Assembly (NCBI GenBank): GCA_951406725.2
Contig: OX597815.1
Location: 169,198,001 to 169,262,000 of the forward strand
Direction: 5' to 3'
DNA length: 64,000 nucleotides
DNA from: Octopus vulgaris
Taxonomy: Eukaryota
Shown: positions 24,466-37,589 of the stretch, piece by piece
How positions within the stretch are numbered: position 1 is the stretch's first letter
Layout of the letters: each line of letters starts with the position of its first letter
The notes under the pieces: generated by a model
Told to the model about the DNA's origin: nothing
Database searches by the model: none
What the model saw: only the letters and a program-made list of their open reading frames with translations
Translations under genes and position numbers: made by a program

Positions 24466-27049
24466 ACATCATTACATGGCTGAAAAATAACTGTGTGTGT
24501 GTGTGTCAGTAAGTCATAAATCTGAAAGCAAAGCACATGCTAAGTTATAGAGTAGTAGAGTATTTACTATGGCCATAGACTATCGTTATCTACACTCATA
24601 TACTTTTACTCATTATGCTGCGGTTATGCTGGAGCACCACCGTGATATATATATATAAAACACATGCACATATGTACATAGAAAGATAGATAAATAAACT
24701 ATAGTAATGGCTTGTCCTCTTTTCAACTTGTTTGTATCTTCAGTGTTGCTGTATGTAAATCAACTGTCAGCTTGAGATGCAGTTTATATCACAATGTTAT
24801 GATACCAAACAGAAAACATTGGAAACCTAATTGAAAAGTGAATTTTAAAACTTAAAAACCTAACAGTTGCATTGCTAATAAAATTCATTTCATATATTAA
24901 TCAGTAGCTATCAGTAGCTTAAAGAAAATTCTGTTGATCCAACGGAAATCCTGAGGGTTCTAAATATTCACGCACCCCCACCCACATATGTTTCTTCAAT
25001 TGATAAATTACAATTGTTTTCCACATCATTTTCTTTCAACCATCCATGTATAATGTGCATTATTTTTAAACATTAGAGAAGAAATTGCCATAAAAATTAA
25101 ACAACTGGAAAGAATTACAGCACAGGATTTGTATTGTTTCAAGAATTTGCTCTCGGCTATAAATTGATTCGGTAGTTTCGTTATATATATATAGTCATCA
25201 CTTAACATATGATTTTTCTTTTTTCCTTGGTTGGATGGGTTTCACAATGTTTTGCTATGCTACAGCTTGGAGCACATTGTGGTTTTTCATCTGTAGCTCA
25301 CTATAACCCTCTGTCTTTCAACCAACAATGGTCCTCTGTCCTACAACCTACTGTGGTTATCTGTCTTACAACCTGGTAGAGTTCTTCATCCTACAACCCA
25401 CTATGGTCCTCTGTCTTTCAACTCATTGTGGTCATCAGCAAGTTGGGGATCTACTATAGTCCTTCATCCTGCCACAATCCTTGTACTCTGTTGTAGTTCT
25501 TCATGTTACTCCTCACTGCAGTTCTTCATCTCACAATCTACCACTGTCTTTCTTCACCAGAGACACATAAAACAAGCAAAAAATTCCCCCATCCAATTCT
25601 GTTGTTTGTTCTTATTACCAACCACTTTACAATATAAATTGGGTTCATGTCAACAAACCACAGCAATTAGATATATTGTCACCTACAAGAGTCTCCAATA
25701 ATATTACAGAGTCCCCTCCATGTTTTCTCGGCCCATTTCCAAACTTTTGAAGAATATGCCAGTTATGGGAGACAGATGCCTTGTAGTGGTAATTGGAAAC
25801 TGTCTCTATGATACTAGTTAAGTAGGGGAGAGGGTGTTTACTCAAGCATTGCAAAAGAAACCAGCAGTTCCCAGCAAGAATTAAAATCCTGTTATGAATG
25901 AACCAACAAAGAAAGTCTCTACATGGTTACTTGACATGCTAGAACTGGTACTGAAGTCACCTTGAATCTCACTTAACCATCCTAGATATATAAAGACAAA
26001 GTGGTCATAATGGGAACCATCATGACTACTCTGTCTGTTTGAGGTTAAACAATGGTAGCAAAATTCCTGTCATGAATTTAGTTTGCTGGGAGATTGTCTA
26101 TATATATTTTTTTATTGCATGTGTGCATGCAAGTTAACACTTCAGCATTCAGATCATCAAATGTAATGCTTATTTATTCCCATTGTTTTGAATTAATCAT
26201 GCATTATCTTCTAACTCTGAGATTTCAATGATGTAATTGTTATTTTTAGAATGAGATTGCAGGGTAGGTGAGAGAGCCCAGATCTGACCATTTTGAACAC
26301 AAAACAGGTAGAGTATTTGGGCCGGATATGGCTGGTTTAAATGATAAATGGTTGAACAATATTATACATATATATATATATATATATATCAGTAATTAAA
26401 AGCTGAAGTGAATATCACTGTTTCAGCTTCAGAATTATCCAACAGGATAAACAATATGACTGGCATGATGTGTGCTGAAGGCTATATTTCAATACACTCA
26501 AGGGAGTAACTGAATGAAATCAATAACAGTAATCAAAAATTAATCCCTCAAGCTATTGTATAAATAACTATAAATAATACTATTATGTGGATCGTTAGAA
26601 GTGAGTTCTTAGATTAAATAATATATCATTGCTTACATTAAGCTATAAGTAAAGTAAAAAAACAAACAAAAAAAACTCTGAACAATTTTTAATTCAGCTA
26701 TAAAACAGAATATTAGCAATGGTAAATAAACTTGTAAAACCTGTTTTTTTTAAAATCAGAAAACATACATGTACACTTGATGTAACATACAGGACATTGG
26801 CACATTCGTTAATAACTATATGCTCTACTTTTAGTTCATATGATGTAACAGACAAAACATGAAGATAATCTTATTCAAATAAAACTTTGTTTTATTTAAA
26901 AGCCATTGAAATTAAGTTGTTTTTAAAATAGTCAAAGCAAATAAAGCCAAAAGTAGAATTGAAAGGGCCCCAATTTTTGAGTTGCAACCTTCTTAGCTTC
27001 TGAGACATGGATTAAATTTTTAAAACAGTGTCTATTTCACTGAGTTTAA

Positions 27050-27268
27050 TCCTTTAGCATCTAAATTACTTTCTCAAATGTAATGCTTTTTATTAATGTT
27101 GTTTTGAATTTTTCGTGCATTATCTTATAGCTCCAAGATTTCAATGATGTGATTGTTTCCTTTTAGACTGACATTGTAGGGTAGGTGTGAAAGACTGGAT
27201 TTGGCTGGTTTGAACATAAAACAGATAAAATATTTGGTCTGGATATGGCTAGTTTGAAAACTAAAGGG
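27050..27268. mobile_element. piggyBac-like MITE, second family (also 26137-26355, 9330-9390, and a split copy at 42190-42680)
   Basis: TTAA|tcctttagc ... ctaaaggg|TTAA. Confidence 0.78.
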
Positions 27269-29499
27269 TTAAATTGTTGATTCTTGAGCCTCTAAGTTGA
27301 TTTTGCTACAGCTTTACTGAAAAATGAATTTCTCTTTTGTTTGCCACATATTGCTCTCTCAGCCTGTCTGCCTCTCTCCAACTTGTCTTCTGCTTGTCAT
27401 ACATTGCCTTCTTTCACCCATGTCTTTATTAATCTTCTAATGTTCACCATACATTGTGTTCATTTGTTCACCATGCCCATTGATAACATCTCAATCATTC
27501 CCTCCACTTCTCAATGTACAATGCTTCCAGCATCACTGAGGAAGCAGCAGATCTTCCATTTGCCATACACTGCTTCCAGTCAGTGTAACTAGGGATGCCA
27601 CTGTACCTATTTTGACCCTCTACCCATCATTCCTTGTACTGCTTGTGGATACAGGACCCGCCTCCTTTCCTTTTACCATACAACCACCTCCATTACTCGA
27701 CCCTCTCCAGCCCATCTTGTAGCCTATGTGGAGGTGGCTAAGCTGGGTCACTTACACCACGTCCATACTACCATCATCATCCTCTCTGGTGTTTTGTTAG
27801 TATACTCTTTATTCCATTTCTCAGACACATCCTGGACCTCTACCATTGCTCCATCTTCCGGGTTACAAAGACAACTGTTATCTATCTGCCATCTCAGTCA
27901 CACTGCCTTGAATATACACACCTACCTCAGAATACTGAATATTCCTATCACTCCGCCCCTGTCATTCATGCCTCTGTCACTCATGCTTTCACTGTGTAAA
28001 GAGTCTGGTGAGTACACAGAGACATGGGACTGTGAAGTTTCTTTACTTGTGTCAACACCATGGCTACTTTTCTAGTGCTAATGTCATGAAGAATGCACTC
28101 AGTACATTCTGTAAAGTACACAGTTGTAGGACCTTTTATCTTGTGGCGGACACAACATGTATCTATTACTGGTGTCATGGAAAACGTATACCTAGTACAC
28201 TTTGTAAAGTGGTTGGCATTAGGAAAAGCATCCAACTGTAGAAACCTGGCCAAAATCATAATGCAAGCAAAATGAGGTCCCATGACCAATCTACATGAGC
28301 AGCACCTTTTGGGTATGTGCTGATTCTAATCAAGGCAACCCATCCAGTCTATGTTGGCATGAAATGTGGAAATAACATTATGATGAACAGTGTATTATTT
28401 GATAAAAATTGTATTCTAATTAAGATACTGAGATAGTCAATGAAGATTATGCCAATATGGTTATTGTTAGATGAAAACTATTTTAGATTTATACTTTTTC
28501 AAACTTAGTAAAGTTTTGTTAATTTGGACCGTTAAATAGAAGCAGGCTTTATGTTAAATTTGTATGCCCTTCTATTGTATTTGACAGACGGAGGGTCTGC
28601 AATTTCTGGCTGAACAGCCTGCACAGATGATTTGCTTATTGTGATCAAATGACATTGCCTGCATAGGTGCAGTGTATGCTGCAAGTCAGACTCTGAAGAG
28701 ATTGCAGAGCAATGCGAAACTAAGTGTTTTGCTCAAGAACACAATATACTGCCCAGTCCAGGAATTGAAACCATGATCTCATGATCATGAATACAACACC
28801 CTAACCACTAGGCCTTGCACCATGTTAAGTTCATACAATAAAGAATTATAAAGAGTATGTATATCTATGATTTGAGTTACCAGAGAAGAAAGAGTTCAAT
28901 AACATCTAAATACAAGTAAAAGAGATATAAGAACCACACTACCTTCACAGTAAAAATAAAACTAGAAAGTCTTTTCTAAATTACATTATACTTCACATCA
29001 ACAGTTTTGACAATTGTGTTGCAAGATGCAACAAACAATTCAATTATAGAAATTCTCGTTTTAAAAGTCCATAATATGGTCTCAATCATTCTGGGTAAGG
29101 TTAGCGAAATCAATTATCTTTATCTATATAATGCCTTTATTTTTTTTGTTTTTGTTTAAAATGGAGACAGAACAGAGCTAATTGGAAAGATAAAAGATTT
29201 TTAAAAAAAAACCAAATTGAAACAAAACAAACTCTTTTGCCACTTCATCAGAAAAAACCAAAGTTACTTAATAGCAATTTTGTTTGGAAACCCCCCACCA
29301 AAAAAAAAACAAACAAGTGAGGACTTGTTATTGCGTAAAGTAACTACAATGACTGGTTTGAAGACATTGTTAACTTCCATGGTTATTAAAGAAAAAAAAT
29401 TCCTTAAAATCACTATTACTTATTTAGTGTCTTTTTTTTCTTAACTGGCATAGGTTGGAGGTGTTTGCAGTACAGCAAATCATCCTACATTTTGACCTT

Positions 29500-29790
29500 T
29501 CTTTGTTTTATCTGCAAGGTCCACTAACCTTGGATCTGACCTCTTCAGTACTTCTTGTGTTTTTCTTTTGTCACAGATATCCTCACTTACAGTATAATGG
29601 TCTTTTTCACAGAGCACTCATTTATCATTTGTTCACATCATGTGTCCAACCAGCATAGACATGTCTCATACTAATACAGATCCATGCCTTTAGTTTCTAG
29701 CCATTATCACAACTCATTTGTGCTTTGCTTTTATTGAAGGCTAACATCATATATCTAATGGATATCTAATTCTGCTGATCAATAACTCTT
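29500..29790 (-). mobile_element. Highly degenerate RTE LINE 3' fragment
   Basis: Weak similarity to 37620-38110 (catcatgtgtccaaccagc, the 'RWxGHV' region). Confidence 0.45.
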
Positions 29791-29819
29791 AAGAAGACAC
29801 TGCTGCCGCCACCGACAAT

Positions 29820-30180
29820 GACAAGAGCACTCAGAGAGTGCAAACCTCTGCCAAGGCAACACCAATCTCCTCTCAATGATTAGCCGGAGATGATCTTTAA
29901 AATGGGAATATCTGAAATAAACTTGAATGTATTCAAAATGAGAATATTAAGATTGAACCTGACTGCTCTCAAAAATTAAGTAAAGAAACCGGAAAAATAA
30001 TCCAGAATTCTTGTCTGGTACCAGATCAATTCCAAAATCTAATCAGTTTGTGCCAGTCACAAGGCCAAACATCTCTGAAAGTTTCATCTGAGTCCATCCA
30101 AGAATTCTTGAAATAACTTGTCCATGGACAAACAAACATGACTAAAACAATACCTCCACCTTCACTAAGGTGGAGGTAAT
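29820..30180. mobile_element. Helentron/HINE-like non-autonomous element
   Basis: Subterminal acctctgccaagg near the left end and a perfect 12-bp terminal hairpin tacctccacctt-cact-aaggtggaggta (30151-30178). Confidence 0.65.
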
Positions 30181-30186
30181 ATTAAT

Positions 30187-30225
<39 letters not shown>

Positions 30226-31050
30226 TGGAATTATAGACTGGACCAGAAATGATAAGAAACTTGACAGAAAAACTAGGAAGTTGTTGACGATGCATGGAGC
30301 CCATCATCTGAAAGCTGATATCAACCAGCTGTACTTGAGGAGAGACCAGGGTGGAAAAGGCTTAACAGAAGTAGAAGAGTGCATACAGATGGAAAGAAAA
30401 GAGTATTTACAGAGCAGCACAGGAAATCTACTAAAGACAGTTAATAAAGAACAGGTAATGAAGCGCATAATAGGAAAAAAGGACAAGAATGAAATACAAA
30501 GAGAGCATGTCAGACAGATCGAAGAGAAACTTCTGCATGGCCAATTTTGGAGAGCCACTGAAGACATATGTAGAACAAAATCCTGGGCTTGGTTAAAAAA
30601 GGGGCAATTAAAAAAAGAAACAGAGGGCCTAATTGTAGCAGCTGAAGATCAAGTGATAAAAACAAACAACTTGAGGAAAAATATATATGGAGAGAATGTG
30701 TCAGAAAAATGTAGAGCTTGTGGAACTTGGAATGAGACAGTGGTACACATTGTGGTAGAATGCCCCAAGTTGGCACAGGAAGAATATAAGAAATGGAAGC
30801 ACGACCAGATTATACACCGAAAACTGTGCCAGAAATGGGGATTTGAAGCTGGAAACACATGGTACAATCATCGAGTCCAAAGAGTACTGGAGTTGGAGAA
30901 ATGTAAAAATTTTGTGGGATTTTCCTATTCAAACAAGCAAGAAATTAGAAAATAATTGACCAGATATAATGATTGTAGATAAGGAAAAGCAAAGTTGCTT
31001 ACTTATTGACCCATCATGCCCATTTGATTCCAAGATTGTAAAGAAAGAGG
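30226..31050 (+). mobile_element. R4/Dong-clade non-LTR retrotransposon fragment (post-RT region, CCHC finger, RLE endonuclease)
   Basis: LLTMHGAHHLKADINQLYLRRDQGGKGL, LHGQF, ETEGLIVAAEDQVIKT and CRACGTWNETVVHIVVECP. After a frameshift it reads ILWDFPIQT..PDIMIVDKEKQSCLLIDPSCPFD (PD..D nuclease). It is preceded by (TAA)n. Confidence 0.85.
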
Positions 31051-31134
31051 TGTACTGATGGGTATATTGGGCTTTGTATATTTGTAGCCCAGTGTCACTT
31101 GGATGGTATGTGCTGCTCTCTCACTTAATAATAA

Positions 31135-31610
31135 TCCTTATACTATAGCCACAAGGCTTGAAATTTTGGAGGGTGGCAGAGGCTTGTAAATTACATTGAC
31201 ATCAGTCCTCAACTGATACTTTATTTTATTGAGTTCGAAAAGATGAATGGCAAAGTTGACCTCAGAGGCACTGAACTGAGAACATAAAGAACTGGAAGAA
31301 ATGCTGTTAAGCATTTTGTCCAATGTGCTAACGATTCTACCAACTTGCCATCTTAATAATAATAATAATCCTTTCTACTACAGGCACAAGGCCTGAAATT
31401 TTTGGGGAGGGGCCAGTTGATTAGATCAACCCTAGTATGCAACCGGTACTTAATTTATTGACCCCGGAAGGATGAAAGGCAAAGTCGACCTTGGTGGAAT
31501 TTGAACTCTGAACGTAGCGATGGTTGAAATGCTGCTAAGAACTTTGTCCAGTATGCTAATAAATCTGCCTGCTCACCCACTTAATAATAATAATAATAAT
31601 AATGATAATA
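31135..31610 (-). mobile_element. Tandem pair of SINE family B copies with (AAT)n spacers
   Basis: Units at 31135-31354 and 31368-31582, each bounded by taataataat tracts. Confidence 0.88.
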
Positions 31611-32439
31611 ATATCAAAAACACATTCACGGTGGTTATGGTATGTCTATAAAAAGAAACAAAGATACTATACATACTATTAGACAATAAATAATAGGGTG
31701 AAATCTAGAAAAATAAAAATTATTCAGTTATTCAACTTGTTTATTTATATTAAATTATAAAAAGATACTGAAACAAGCCATGAATTTAATTAATTTGGAT
31801 TAAAAAGAACAAACAAACAAACATAGACACTGAATATTATAGACATATAATACTGAATCTTTAACCTTTATGATCTTTTGAATCTTATCTTCCACTGGTT
31901 TCAATCGTTGGACTGTGTCAATGCTGTGGTGTGGCCTTGATGTGTTTAATCAAACAAATTGGCCTCAGGAATTATTTTTTTAAAGTCTGGTACTTATTCT
32001 ATCACTACCTTTTACTGAACTGCTAAATACTGGCATGTAAATAAAGCAGCACTTGTTGTCAAGTACGTGGGACAAACACAAAAGCGCACACCAGCTGAGC
32101 ATTCCTTATCTTGTGGGCTTGTGGGTGTTGGTGCCATGTAAAAAGCACCCATGCCAATGCCAAGTAAAAGTGCTCATGCTGGAGCTGTGTAAAAGCACCC
32201 AGTACATTCTGGAAAGTGGTTGGCATTAGGAAGGACATCTAGCTGTAGAAACTATGCCAAAACAGACATGGAGCCCAGGCACTTCTTCAGCTGGCCAGCT
32301 ACTGTCAAACAATACAACCCATGTCATGGACATTAAATGGTGATTATGACAAACATATATACTCCTTAGCATGGCACATAGACATTAAATGATTTTATAT
32401 ATATATACAGATGCCATGATAGATCATTAGCCACTACAC

Positions 32440-32600
32440 ACATTTTTTTCTCTCCATGTTTTTTCTGTGTCCCTTTCTGTAGAAGAGCGTAGGCTCGAAA
32501 CGCAAAAGACTTTTTCTATTCCTGAGTGCTATACTAATACATCTGTTTGTTTTGTACACCACCTGTCTTCGTCTTTTGTTTATTTTCGTATACTTTCCCT
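32440..32600 (+). mobile_element. Penelope-like short repeat with hammerhead-like core (copy 2 of 3)
   Basis: cttt-ctgtaga-a-gagc-gtag-gctc-gaaa-cgca-aaag at 32473-32508, followed by ctgagtgctatactaatacat and (TA)n. Confidence 0.55.
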
Positions 32601-35362
32601 TATATATATATATATATATATAATGGACTCTTCTGTTGTTTGACGACATATGAGGGTTTGACAGTTTCTTATCGAACAACCACACAGATGATTTGTCTAT
32701 AGTGATCATATGTCACTTGCTCCATCAAATCCACATTACCTATACAGGTGCAACGGATGCCACATGTCAGATGACAAAATGGTCACAGAGCAACGTGAAA
32801 TGAAGCGCTTTGTTCAAGAACACAATGCAACACTTGGTTTGGGAATCGAACCCATGATCTTGCAATCGTGAGTGCAACACCCCAACCACTGAGCCATGCG
32901 CCTTCACACTATATCATCATCATCATCGCTTAACGTTCATTTTCCATGCTAGCAAAGGTTGGACAGTTTGACTGGGATCTGCAAAGTCAGGAGGCTGCAC
33001 CAGGCTTCAGTCTGATCTGGCAAGGTTTCTACAGCTGGATTCCTTTCCTAATGCCAACCACCCTGTGAGTGCAGTGGTTGTTTTTTATGTACCACCGGCA
33101 CAGGGGCCAGAGGAGACTGGCAACCTACCATGATCGGTTGGTGCTTTTTACGTGCCACCGGCATGAGTATCACAGCTACAAATTCCATTTGATTTTCATT
33201 TTGATGTTGATGTACTTGCCAGCCAAGAAAATTATTAAAGTTTCTATAACTACAATTATAATGAAAGCTTGTTATTTCTTTCATTGTTATTTAAGACACT
33301 CCACCTCTGGATGCGATATATTCTCTGGTTTTACAGCAATGATACAGTTCACTAATAGCACATCTGCAGAGCTTCTGTAATCCATCTGCTTTCTTTATTT
33401 AGTTACTCCAATGCTTTCTGCTCCTCTTAACTTACCTAAGTCTTTTGATGTGTGTGTGTGTGTGTGTGTGTCACTCTCTTTACCATAATACCTTCTGTAT
33501 AACTCACAATTTCTTACCATATTAAATTCTTCACTAGAACAGAGCAGCATCCCCTGAATTCCTTTCTCATCTGTGTTTCCATTCAACCTCTAACCAGTAA
33601 CGATTCAAATAGAACATCAATAGCATTAACCTTACTGTTAGTCATATTTTATTCCTTTATTTATTTTTTAAATTACCCCTGTGCCTGACATTCTAGTTTA
33701 CTCTGAGAAAAATGGCATACTGCTGACATTTTTAGCAAGAAGAAAGAGGCTCATTTTAGCATATCTTAAAATCTAAGTGCTATTTTTGTAACAAATACTT
33801 TTAGCTGACAGGCAGTACTGCATGGTACGGAGGAATTAATGTTGAAGTATTGTAATTTATTTGAGGGAATGAAGAAATCTATAGGATATTATTCCAATCG
33901 AAACAAATTTAATTAGTATTTATTTATATCCTAGTTTAACCACCACTCAAAACAACTGCTGTTGACTGGAATTTATTTCATGATACTCTGTTTACAAAAG
34001 ATTTACTTTAAATTAAGAACATTTTTACACCTACAAGTAATAATTTGTTTCTTATAATTCTCTTTTCACAACAAATGCTCTAGGTAATCTCTATCAAATG
34101 AGCAGCGCAAATTAAAAGTAAATGCAATTGTTTGTAAAGAATGAAAAAAAAAAGGAAAGAAAAAAAAAAAGGAAAGAAAAAAGGAAAAAACACGTGAATG
34201 ACAGAGAGGCAAATTCTCAAAAGTATTAAGAGGATGTTTATAGTCTGTTTTAAAATATTCTAATCTTCCACTGACGTCAGGTAATTGTTCCCCCCCCCCC
34301 CATATCCCATAATGATTTGAAGGACTAATGCTTAGCTATGGTTTCACAGTATTAAGTAGATAAGAAATAGATCTCTCATTGGACAGGACACTGTTCCAAC
34401 TCAACATTCCAACATTTAGGTAAACAAAGGAAAGAAGAATTAATTATACTAAGCAAATACACATTAAAGTTCCTGAATTGCATTTGAACTTAAGATCTTT
34501 AAGCTTATAAGAACAGCCAACTCTAAAGCACTAGGCACTCCCTCCTCAGCAAAGAAATGCATTGGGGCCTCTACATAGCCAATTGTAGTATACATAGATA
34601 AACAGTGGGCCTCTAGAATTGTAGGGCTTTGAGTAATGTCCAGTGAGCTCATGCTCTAAGACAGCAGTGCATGTAAGTCCATTCAATAATTTATATAAAT
34701 TAAATTCAAATATTTTATTTGTATTCACCCTCCCCCATTTCACAGTATGTTGATATTTGTGTTTTTATGGTTTGATAAAAGAAGCACCCAAGACATTTTT
34801 AAGGGCTCCAAAACTGGTAGCACGAAGGTAGGAATTTATTCTTGCCACAGCAGCCAACTGGCTTCCGTACCAGTGGACACGTAAAAAGGGCACCATTCGA
34901 GCGTGGTCGTTACCAAAACCGCCTTCTGGCACCTGTGCTGGTGGCATGTATAAAAGGATTTGAGCGACTGGCCCCCGTGCTGGTGGCACGTAAAAGCACC
35001 CACTACACTCTCGGAGTGGTTGGCATTAGAAAGGACTGGAGCCTGGTGCAGCCATCTGGTTCGCCAGCCCTCAGTCAAAATCGTCCAACCCATGCTAGCA
35101 TGGAAAGCGGACATTAAACGATGATGATGATGATGATCAGAAATACTTGAAACAGAGTGGACTCTTCTAAAGCCATCCAAGGACCAGGTACTGGTGTTAT
35201 GTTAAGGACCAAATGATTGATTGATTGAATATGCACCAGACTTGAAAATAAATACTGACATCAATATATCAACTATACCCATGACTGAAACCACTGAAAG
35301 AATAAAAGAATTTAAAGAAAGTCAGATTTATAATTCTTCAAAGAGATGTCACATATCCATAC

Positions 35363-35445
35363 CTTTCTTTTTTGCAGCTTCCACCATTTGTTCATATTCT
35401 TGCTTGTGTTTCCTTTCTTCTTCAGGAGCTTTTGAGGGGAGGTGA
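35363..35445 (-). CDS. TBC1D14: TBC1D14/TBC1D12-family Rab-GAP, internal coding exon (83 bp)
   Basis: Minus strand reads ttcttcttgcag|T CAC CTC CCC TCA AAA...AAG AAA G|gtatgg and translates as HLPSKAPEEERKHKQEYEQMVEAAKKK. This matches the 'NLPAKxxEExxxHRQxYxEMVxxAKKR' motif upstream of the TBC domain. Phase 2 in, phase 1 out. Confidence 0.92.
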
Positions 35446-35491
35446 CTGCAAGAAGAAGAAGAAAAAAATTTTGAAAATCTCATAGTTACAA

Positions 35492-36075
35492 GTGTGGCTG
35501 TGTGGTAAGAAGCTTGCTTCCCATGCATGTGGTCCTAGGTTTAGTCCCACTGCATTGTGCTTTCCATTATAGCTCAGGCTGGCAAAAGCCCTGTGAGTGA
35601 ATTTGGTAGATGGAAACTGAAAGAAGCCTTCTAAGGCGGCGAGCTGGCAGAATGTTAGCACGCCGGGCGTAATGCTTAGCGGTATTTCATCTGCCGTTAT
35701 GTTCTGAGTTCAAATTCCGCCGAGGTCAACTTTACCTTTCATCCTTTTGGGATTGATAAATTAAGTACCAGTTATACAATCGACTTAATCTGTATGTCTG
35801 TCCTTGTTTGTCTCCTCTGTGTTTAGCCCCTTGTGGGTAGTAAAGAAATAGGAAACTGTATGTGTGTATTGTGTTTGCCCTTCACCACTGCTTGACAACC
35901 GGTGTTGCTTTGTTTAAGTCTCTGTAACTTAGCTATTCAGCAAAAGCAACTGATAGAATAAGTATCAGTCTTTAAAAAAAAAAAAAAAAATTACTGGAGT
36001 TAATTTGTTTGACTAAGCACTTCAAGGCAGCGCCCCAGAATGACCGTAGTACAAAGACTGAAACAGCTAAAAGAT
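35492..36075 (+). mobile_element. SINE family A copy interrupted by a family B SINE
   Basis: The head ends at gaaagaagcc (about 35628) and the 3' module resumes at about 35860. Confidence 0.8.
35632..35850 (+). mobile_element. tRNA-derived SINE family B, plus-strand copy with variant 3' tail
   Basis: ggcggcgagctggcagaatgttagc (A-box-like), gagttcaaattcc (B-box), cctttcatcctttt..gataaattaagtacc central domain, and tail ccccttgtgggtagtaaagaaata. Confidence 0.85.
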
Positions 36076-36647
36076 ATAAGATTCAATTTTGCTTTTAACT
36101 CAGTTGCTGAAATAGCTTAATAATCCAATTCACTCTCTGTCCAGGTTTCTGAGTGCAAAACTTGAAGGAATTACTTCAGATTTTTGTTGAAGATATATTA
36201 CATTTACACAGAGTAATTCAATTTTTTTCTTAAAGGCTGTGGATATACAGGAAAACAGCATGTTATAGTGCAATATATACTTCTTTCTGATATTTTCTGT
36301 GTTAGCATTAAATCATTTTAGCAATGAATATTGATACAATATCTAGCTTAGATGCGGTAACACGAAGAGACCTATATCCTTGCAATAACATTCAGCAACT
36401 TCCATAAAACAATAATAAAAAAAAAAAGAAAAAGGAAAAAAAAAACAGATCAAGGAGAAAGATTAACTTTCCAGTATATCTGGGTTTAGTTTATAACTGA
36501 TTTTCATGTTAAAAGGGAAATATGCAAGGAAAGCATTGCTTCTTGTATGATACTACATAAAAAAATAGAAAAAAAGAGTTAAAAATGTATTCTGTAAGAT
36601 TCAATCAGAAAGAACACAATTTTAGTATATGTTTTAGTATTTATGTG

Positions 36648-36895
36648 GAGGTGCGTGGCTTAGTGGTTAGGGTGTCAGCATCATGATCGTAAGATTGTGG
36701 TTTCGATTCCTGAACTGGGCGACGCGTTACGTTCTTGAGCAAAACACTTCATTTCACGTTGCTCCAGTCCACTCAGCTGGCAAAACTGAGTAATGCTGCG
36801 AAGGACTGGCGTCCCATCCAGCTGGGGAACACATACGCTATAGAAACTAGGTAACCGGGCCCATGAGCCTGGCTAGGCTTTAAAAAAAGGGCGCA
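36648..36895 (+). mobile_element. SINE family C, young copy
   Basis: ggtgcgtggcttagtggttag (A box), gtttcgattcc (B box) and gagcaaaacacttcatttcacgttgctccagtccactcagctg (CORE-like). Confidence 0.88.
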
Positions 36896-37086
36896 GCTAT
36901 TTATTGTTTTTAGTATTTATAGCTGCAGGCATGGTTGCGTGATTAAGAAGTTCACTTTGCAACAGCGTGGTTTTGGGTTCAGTTCCACTGCATAGCACCT
37001 TCGGCAAGTGTCTTCTACACATAGCTTCAGATCAAACCAATACTTTTTGGGTGACTTTGATAGATGGAAACTGTGTGTGTGGAAGC

Positions 37087-37128
<42 letters not shown>

Positions 37129-37589
37129 TGTATGTAAAAAGAAACCTAAAAAAACCCCAAAAAACTGACACTGTCAGTTATGACAATGAGAGTTCCAGTT
37201 GGAACAGCCTACATGTGAATTTAATGTGTAAATAGCTGAGATCTCCACAAATACGAGTACCCTTAATATAGTTCTCAGGGAGATTCAGCGTGACACAGAG
37301 TGTGACAAGGCTGGTCCTTTGAAATACAGGTACTACTCATTTTTGCCAGTTGAGTGGACTGGAGTAACATGAAATAAAGTGTCTTGCTGAAGGACACAAC
37401 ACATCACCAGGAATTGAACTCATGACCTTATAATAATCATCATCGTTTAACATTTTCCATGCTGGCATGGGTTGGATGGTTCAACTGGGGACTGGCAAGC
37501 CAGTAGGCTGTGCCAGGCTCCAATCTGATCAGGCAAGGTTTCTACAGCTGGATGCCTTTCCTAATGCCAACCACCAATGTCTCGGTCTC

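Noticed and set aside
27300-27990. Possible Penelope GIY-YIG remnant (also 18560-18850)
   Set aside because: Too degenerate to support by eye; it needs a profile search.
30170-30955. 261-aa ORF as a host gene with a signal peptide
   Set aside because: The poly-Ile N-terminus is an (ATA)n tract; the remainder is a frameshifted R4/Dong retrotransposon.
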